A stretch of DNA of 64,000 bases from positions 17,499-81,498 of the IMG/VR virus record IMGVR_UViG_3300002219_000003. One strand, written 5' to 3'. Position 1 is the stretch's first letter; the number at the start of each line of letters is the position of its first letter. The DNA is from a virus. Both the position numbers and the translations under genes were made by a program. Shown one piece after another: positions 58,275 through 64,000 of the stretch. The notes below the pieces were generated by a model, which saw only the letters and a program-made list of their open reading frames with translations, was not told the origin of the DNA and did no database searches.

Positions 58275-59405
58275 TCAAATTGGTTTGACCTTTCTTTGCA
58301 CTAGTAAATTATAGTACTGTTCAGTCATCTCTTCTGCTTTAGGTAGTTCCTTGAAGAAATTGGTCATACCATCAAAGTAAAGTCCAACAATAATATTATT
58401 TCCCCTTCTATTTGTAGGAATGGATAATTCTCTGAAACTATCCTTTAATTTTCTAATATCATACCCTTCCCATTCTGCCTTTCTAAATTTTGCTGGAGAA
58501 AATAATCCTATCATCATATCACAATCCCTGCTAGTTAACTTATTTTCTGCTAATCCTTGTGCACTAGGTCTTATCATATCTGCCTTTAGATTTTCTACAG
58601 ATTCTTGGGCAAGTGCTTGCTGTTGTACTAGTACGGGTATATACTTCCATCTATCTCTCATGTGTAAAAGGTAGTAAGAGGATAGTTTTGTAACTGCTTC
58701 GTGCATGGTCTGCCCTTCCTCTGGACTTATTAAAGAGACATGGTCTATAAGAACAATAACAAACTCATCTGGATTATCTGGTACATACCTATACACCCTT
58801 TTTATAACATCCAGATTACCCTTTGTTATTTGCTCTATATCCAGAGTATTTCCATCAATATCTATATATTTTCCATGTGTATGGGCATACTGTCTAACAG
58901 TTTTATATATTCCAAAAGGATTTCTTATTCCATCATACACTGTAATACAGTTAAAAAGTTCTCTTACTTCTGGATTAACTTCCTCAATAGACTTTAGCGT
59001 ATCATCATCTAATATGTAATCCTTATACAAAGAGTCCATTCTATCTGGAGAAATTCTTATATTTTTTCTTACTAGTAAGAAATGAGAGATTGCCTCTTTT
59101 ACTTTATCCTCCTTACTCATCTCTAAGCTAAAGTATAAAATCTTAATGGTGATATTGGTAGGATTACTTTTTATGAACTTAAAAGGGCTATACATAAACA
59201 GAAAATCAGCCAGTTTAGTTTTTCCAACCTTTGGCCCAGCAGTTATAATATAGTATCTACCCTGAACAATCCCAGGTACCTCCTTTGACAATCTGGGAAA
59301 AGGAAAAGGAATAGCTATATCCTTTCCTTCCTCCCTGATTTTTTTGTTCTTTTTTAGAGATTCTACTACCTCTTCTACAAGATTTATACTTTCCTTACTG
59401 TCCAA
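58275..59405 (-). CDS. dnaB: DnaB-like replicative helicase
   Basis: AGPKVGKT, YFSLEM, LIDH, VQQ. Confidence 0.85.
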   Translation of the reverse strand: MDSKESINLVEEVVESLKKNKKIREEGKDIAIPFPFPRLSKEVPGIVQGRYYIITAGPKVGKTKLADFLFMYSPFKFIKSNPTNITIKILYFSLEMSKEDKVKEAISHFLLVRKNIRISPDRMDSLYKDYILDDDTLKSIEEVNPEVRELFNCITVYDGIRNPFGIYKTVRQYAHTHGKYIDIDGNTLDIEQITKGNLDVIKRVYRYVPDNPDEFVIVLIDHVSLISPEEGQTMHEAVTKLSSYYLLHMRDRWKYIPVLVQQQALAQESVENLKADMIRPSAQGLAENKLTSRDCDMMIGLFSPAKFRKAEWEGYDIRKLKDSFRELSIPTNRRGNNIIVGLYFDGMTNFFKELPKAEEMTEQYYNLLVQRKVKPI

Positions 59406-59913
59406 TCCTTATCCTCCTCACTAGAAGATTTTATATTAACATACGTTTGAAATTTGGTGGGATTGAATAGGGTTTCTGGTCTTAGAAAGAAACGCATTTT
59501 ACTGTCATTAGCCCACTTTTCAACCATAACATCTACTACCCGCTTCAAATCTTCCACCTTATACCCATCTTTAAGTCTTCCTGCTACAAATCTACGATTA
59601 CTTTCTGAATCTACATCAAAATTCTTCCCTATTTTTTCGTTAAGGTATCTTAAAACTTCTGTAATCTTCTTATCCTCTTCTTCTTCTGCAAAAATCTCTT
59701 TTCCTTTAGATCTTAGAACCCATCCCTCATCGGTGGATTTAATGTATAGGTTAGTTTCAAGAGATTCTATAATATTACCTATCTCTATACCTATACCCCA
59801 AGATAAACTGTATGGATTTATTCCATTATTAATTAGTAGTAAAACTACTATATCTACTGGGGTTAAAGGATACTTGCTAAAGATATCCAAATAAATTTTA
59901 ACTTTCTTTCTCA
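59384..59913 (-). CDS. Replication initiator/helicase-loader-like protein with conserved phage C-terminal domain
   Basis: YLNEK.GK.F...RLKDGY..EDLK.V....W..D..M..FLRPETLF...KF..Y; likely ATG at 59913. Confidence 0.75.
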
Positions 59914-60197
59914 TAGCCATACTGTTTATATAGTAATTCTGCCTCTTCCATAGAAATCTCCAGAGCATATACTTTCTCCAAATCTTCTATGGAACAATCA
60001 ACATTAAACTCCTTCTTTAAGAATAACTTAATATCATCTAATGAATCTACATTACCCATCAGTTCTTCAGCAGCCTTACAGTAAACTTCTAAAGTTTTTA
60101 TATCAATATTCTCCGTAGGTAGGGGGACTTTTAAAACACTTTTCTCCAAAAGGTGTTCTTTCCCTCTACTTAGGGGCTTTTTACCTATTTTTAACAT
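59898..60197 (-). CDS. Hypothetical protein
   Basis: 99-aa ORF. Confidence 0.55.
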   Translation of the reverse strand: MLKIGKKPLSRGKEHLLEKSVLKVPLPTENIDIKTLEVYCKAAEELMGNVDSLDDIKLFLKKEFNVDCSIEDLEKVYALEISMEEAELLYKQYGYEKES

Positions 60198-60201
60198 TTC
60201 T

Positions 60202-61398
60202 TTAGTGATTTAGTAGTTCTTCTAGAGAAGTATTAATTAAATATTCTGGATTAAATCCAGATAGAGCATTCTGAACATATACCTCATCCTGGGTATCCTT
60301 GACATACATGATGTAATATTCAGGGAATTCAGACCTCAAGATTCTTCCTATGGTCTGATAGAAGGATTTAGTATTATTGTCCAGTTGAACTATTATACCT
60401 GCTTCAATACCCTTTAGGTTCATTCCTTCTCTGAGCATCTTGGTGGTAAAAAGTTTGGTTATCTTTCCATCATTAAAATCCTGAATCATTGTTTCCCTGA
60501 TTTCCTTTCCTATCTTAGAGTGAACAGAATACCCTTTAGATAGTTCCTCTGATTGTTTAATGGTATGAGTAAAGCAAATAAGTTTCTTATCTTTAAGTTT
60601 ACTAAGTAGTTTTGCTGCATGTTTTGTTTTTACATTTGCAAGAAATCTCTTCCTGTCTGAACCTGCCTTTAACCATCTTATTTTACTCCATTCAGATCTA
60701 TCATCAAAGAATATATTCTTCCTGTACTCTATAAGATTTTCTTGTCTTTTGTACCACTCCTGCTCACTGCACATTACTACCTTATCCTTTGATATTCTAA
60801 AGGGAACTAATTTTTCAGTATTGGATAGTGTTACTCCTACCAGAAAAATCTTAGGCTTAGGTAATACCTTTTTATCTATTGCTATATCTAAAGGAATTTT
60901 ATAAAAATGAACATTAGGAAATATGCTAATAAAATTACCTTTCAGTTTTGGTGATAGTGTAGCAGTTAATCCTATAACTCTTTCACAATGCTTACTTACC
61001 TCCCTTAAATATACTATTCTTAACTCAGAGTTTAGGGTATTATGACATTCATCCAGGATATAGTTCTTTTCCTTTAAGTACTTATGCCAGGAAGCATAAC
61101 AGGCAAAGGTAACATTATCTAGTAGGTATTCCTTACCATGTTTCTTGAATTCATCTATCCAGTTGTTTATATGATTTGTTTCTGCAACCATTATGGTCCA
61201 CTTACCTCCATGTGATTCCATTATTCTTATTGCAGACAAACTCTTCCCTACACCAGTAGCATGTTCTAGTACTAGTATAGGATAAATATTAGATAGAGAA
61301 ACAGATTCATCTTGTATTTGTTTCTTTACTGAAATTTCTTCCATGAATAGTGATGTCTGTTCTGGGAATTTTTTTGAATTGGTTTCCATATCCTTCAT
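60202..61398 (-). CDS. Superfamily 2 helicase
   Basis: ATGVGKS, DECH, GLTAT, EGMN, QTIGRILR. Confidence 0.9.
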   Translation of the reverse strand: MKDMETNSKKFPEQTSLFMEEISVKKQIQDESVSLSNIYPILVLEHATGVGKSLSAIRIMESHGGKWTIMVAETNHINNWIDEFKKHGKEYLLDNVTFACYASWHKYLKEKNYILDECHNTLNSELRIVYLREVSKHCERVIGLTATLSPKLKGNFISIFPNVHFYKIPLDIAIDKKVLPKPKIFLVGVTLSNTEKLVPFRISKDKVVMCSEQEWYKRQENLIEYRKNIFFDDRSEWSKIRWLKAGSDRKRFLANVKTKHAAKLLSKLKDKKLICFTHTIKQSEELSKGYSVHSKIGKEIRETMIQDFNDGKITKLFTTKMLREGMNLKGIEAGIIVQLDNNTKSFYQTIGRILRSEFPEYYIMYVKDTQDEVYVQNALSGFNPEYLINTSLEELLNH

Positions 61399-61585
61399 GT
61401 ATTATAAACTCAAATTCTGCATACTTACCATGATCTAAGATTAGTAAAAGATCATCTACAATATCTTCTGACACATCAGTATTTACATTGTACCATTTAT
61501 TGTACTTTATGTTTCTTATAAAAGTATCCAGTTTAGCCTTTCTTAAATAGTACTCTTTTTCTTCCTTAGAAGTACTCTCTTCCAT
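61307..61585 (-). CDS. Hypothetical protein
   Basis: 92-aa ORF overlapping the helicase start. Confidence 0.45.
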   Translation of the reverse strand: MEESTSKEEKEYYLRKAKLDTFIRNIKYNKWYNVNTDVSEDIVDDLLLILDHGKYAEFEFIIHEGYGNQFKKIPRTDITIHGRNFSKETNTR

Positions 61586-61620
61586 GATCTGTTTCTTCTA
61601 TTAATAATTATCTCTTTTAC

Positions 61621-61884
61621 CTATTTACTCATTTCATCTTGTATTTCTTCTTTAAGCAGATATATATACTTATCAATAACAGGTCTAATAGCACTATTAA
61701 GATCATTAAGAATATCTTCATCTGTGAATTTTTTTAAATTCATAATATCCTCTGTTAGCGCTAAGTAATTTATTTCAAATCTAACTCCTCCTTCTATTGC
61801 AGTAGAACGAGGATATTTGATAACCTTTAATGAATTTAGTGAATCTATATCTGCTGCTAGTGATTTTATTTTCTTTGTATTCAT
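61621..61884 (-). CDS. Hypothetical protein
   Basis: 87-aa ORF. Confidence 0.55.
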   Translation of the reverse strand: MNTKKIKSLAADIDSLNSLKVIKYPRSTAIEGGVRFEINYLALTEDIMNLKKFTDEDILNDLNSAIRPVIDKYIYLLKEEIQDEMSK

Positions 61885-61905
61885 AACTATTCCTTTTTTA
61901 TGTTA

Positions 61906-62193
61906 TCATTTTACCTTATTAAACTGTTTAAGTGCTTGTTCATAATTAGAAAATGTCCAAGCCCACTTTCCAAATGAAGTGGATCTTGGATAGTAAACTT
62001 TAAAAATATTTAATTGTGGTTGGATGTTCTCTTTTCGTATGAATACCTCATAATGTACCTCAATAATCTCCTGAGTTTCAGGATTTGGAACCTGTACTTG
62101 ATATAGAAATGCTTTAGGAGACTGATCCATTTGAGTAAAGATAAATCCTTTTACTTCTCCTTTTCCAATAAAAAATCTTTCTAGTTCTTTCAT
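61906..62193 (-). CDS. Hypothetical phage protein
   Basis: GKGEVKGFIF...YEVF...YP....FGKWAW. Confidence 0.65.
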   Translation of the reverse strand: MKELERFFIGKGEVKGFIFTQMDQSPKAFLYQVQVPNPETQEIIEVHYEVFIRKENIQPQLNIFKVYYPRSTSFGKWAWTFSNYEQALKQFNKVK

Positions 62194-62259
62194 AACTATC
62201 TCTTTTAATCATCTCTATAATTGTTATAATAATATATTTTAACTGTTCTATAATTTATA

Positions 62260-62628
62260 CTATTGTTCCTTTCCTTCTATTTTAAAATAGAAGTGTCCCC
62301 CAGCATTATGTTTATACAATCTTATATGATGTTTAAGTAGGTATTCATTAGCAAGAAGAGCAAGAATAATATTTTCATTACTTGTATATCCTCCTGTATG
62401 CAATTCAAAAGATTCTATTTTACCTTTTGCATAAGAAACAACAACAAGATAATCTGATATCCACCAACCAATATTTTCAATTAATCCTACAAATTCATCT
62501 ATTGTAAATTTATCTGATGGTTTGTAGTTTCTTAGAAAATCTAGGTATTCTTTAGTTGGATAGTCATTTTTATCCCACAATGTTTCTGGAGGAATAAGAT
62601 ATTCTTCTTTTAATTTTTGTGTCCCCAT
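62260..62628 (-). CDS. Hypothetical phage protein
   Basis: LHTGGYTSNE...GGHFYF. Confidence 0.6.
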   Translation of the reverse strand: MGTQKLKEEYLIPPETLWDKNDYPTKEYLDFLRNYKPSDKFTIDEFVGLIENIGWWISDYLVVVSYAKGKIESFELHTGGYTSNENIILALLANEYLLKHHIRLYKHNAGGHFYFKIEGKEQ

Positions 62629-62870
62629 TACTCTAATACTATTTGTTTGTCACCATTAATCATAATATCCTTTAATTTTTCACAAAGTTTTTCCTTCATT
62701 TCTAAAGCAAGTTCTTCAAAACCACTTTCATATAACCAGTGCATATGAGACATGGATGTTATGAAATCATAGAATGTATCATTTATCCTGAAGTTAACAG
62801 AATAAAATTCATCTACAATATCATACTGCCATGTAGATTCTTCCTCTTGATTACTTTTATCCTCATCCAT
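62628..62870 (-). CDS. Hypothetical protein
   Basis: 80-aa ORF. Confidence 0.5.
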   Translation of the reverse strand: MDEDKSNQEEESTWQYDIVDEFYSVNFRINDTFYDFITSMSHMHWLYESGFEELALEMKEKLCEKLKDIMINGDKQIVLE

Positions 62871-62905
62871 ACTGTTTAATTTTTTTATATACTCTAAGTT
62901 AAATA

Positions 62906-63277
62906 TTAAATGTTTTCTTTACTTTTTATCTCATCTAAAATTTCTATTAATATCTTAATACGTTCCTCATGTTGATTATGAGGAAACCAAAATTGATTAT
63001 CATTTGTTGTTTTTTCCCCATTAAAAGTATAAAAAACTTTAGGTTTATATTTTTTAAGTTCTGGTATATTGTCTATTGAGCCAATTGCTTCCTGACCAAA
63101 ATATGAATAGTATAACAAACAAAAACCATATTCTTTTAGTTCTCTAAATGTAATATACCTTTTAGGAATATATATCTTATTAAGTTGTTTCACTGGTAAT
63201 GTATAAACATCTAAACAGTACTGAAAAAATTTTCTTTTTTCTTCTGTACTTAATTCTATACCATTAGGTGCTTTCAT
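62906..63277 (-). CDS. Hypothetical protein
   Basis: 123-aa ORF. Confidence 0.55.
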   Translation of the reverse strand: MKAPNGIELSTEEKRKFFQYCLDVYTLPVKQLNKIYIPKRYITFRELKEYGFCLLYYSYFGQEAIGSIDNIPELKKYKPKVFYTFNGEKTTNDNQFWFPHNQHEERIKILIEILDEIKSKENI

Positions 63278-63302
63278 AGTAATATATTTTAAATTAATAC
63301 TT

Positions 63303-63626
63303 TTATAGTTTACGTTTCTCCACTCCTTTCAATTCTTCCTCTAATCTCTTATAAAAACTTTCTTCCCCATCATCTCCTGATAGATACCAATCCAACCTTT
63401 GAACATACACCGCTACTATTCTTAAAAGGTTAACAGTCTTTTTCATTTCTTCTTGTATTTTCTCAGGATAGGTAGGATGATATTTCTCTTCAGGATATTT
63501 TTTATAGTATTCTTCATCATAGTATGAATCAACTTTTATTCTCCCCTGATTATTTAGTATTTCTTCAATTTCATCAGCAATACACTCCATAGTGTACTGT
63601 TGATAACTGAAATATCCTCCACTCAT
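63303..63626 (-). CDS. Hypothetical phage protein
   Basis: MSGGYFSY...RLDWYLSGDDGEESF; likely ATG at 63626. Confidence 0.65.
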   Translation of the reverse strand: MSGGYFSYQQYTMECIADEIEEILNNQGRIKVDSYYDEEYYKKYPEEKYHPTYPEKIQEEMKKTVNLLRIVAVYVQRLDWYLSGDDGEESFYKRLEEELKGVEKRKL

Positions 63627-63653
63627 AGTAGTATTATTTATTTGTTTTAACAA

Positions 63654-63905
63654 TTATTCTCTTATAGTCCATTTAAGTAAATCTACCCATTCTCCATCTG
63701 GTGTTAACTGTTTCATATCACTAAGTCTTACTATATCTAAAACACCATCTGATACTCCTTTTCTTTCTTTATCTATTATAGGTGTAGTTTTATGATAGAT
63801 ATTACCTACAAAAATTATAATATAAGTTTCCATCGTAGTATTAATTTTCATCTTCATAATATTCTTCACTGCCTTTATCTTCTCCAATGGAATTATCAAA
63901 ACCAT
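63654..63905 (-). CDS. Hypothetical protein
   Basis: ORF of up to 83 aa; start uncertain. Confidence 0.45.
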   Translation of the reverse strand: MVLIIPLEKIKAVKNIMKMKINTTMETYIIIFVGNIYHKTTPIIDKERKGVSDGVLDIVRLSDMKQLTPDGEWVDLLKWTIRE

Positions 63906-64000
63906 ACTTCACGGCAGTTGCTTTAAACAATGGTAGTCCATAGTAAGCATACTCTGACCAATTTTCCAATCCTTCTTCCAGTATCCAATTCCACATGCTA

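Larger units (their letters stand above)
15405..64000. mobile_element. crAss-like (Crassvirales) phage genome segment
   Basis: Tail stabilization protein, giant cargo and RNAP genes, convergent replication arm, CpG depletion. Confidence 0.9.

Overview
The window contains two different Bacteroidota phage sequences joined at about 15.25-15.35 kb. (1) 1-15.3 kb, all on the + strand with ordinary CpG content, is part of a Bacteroidetes temperate-type phage. It has a C5 DNA methyltransferase whose motif IX lies in a nested alternative-frame ORF, an origin-like repeat region, Clp-type head protease, capsid, tail-tube-like genes, TerS/TerL, portal and a connector. Three of its operons are preceded by a shared TGTCCTTT...TTTG promoter-like motif. 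(2) 15.4-64 kb is visibly CpG-depleted and crAss-like (Crassvirales). Its + strand carries lysis-like, ring and tail genes, large cargo proteins and a 3964-aa virion RNA polymerase (GSDFDVDK). These converge at 44.25 kb on a minus-strand replication arm (UDG, 5'-3' exonuclease, RusA-like resolvase, primase, SSB, AAA ATPase, DnaB, SF2 helicase). The most striking element is a phage-encoded ubiquitin-like conjugation cluster in that arm: Ubl-GG fusion, E2-like, JAB, E1/ThiF and an unknown gene (48.6-53.5 kb). Also notable is an in-frame TGA at an expected Trp codon of the UDG gene. All family calls come from motif recognition by eye; no searches were run.
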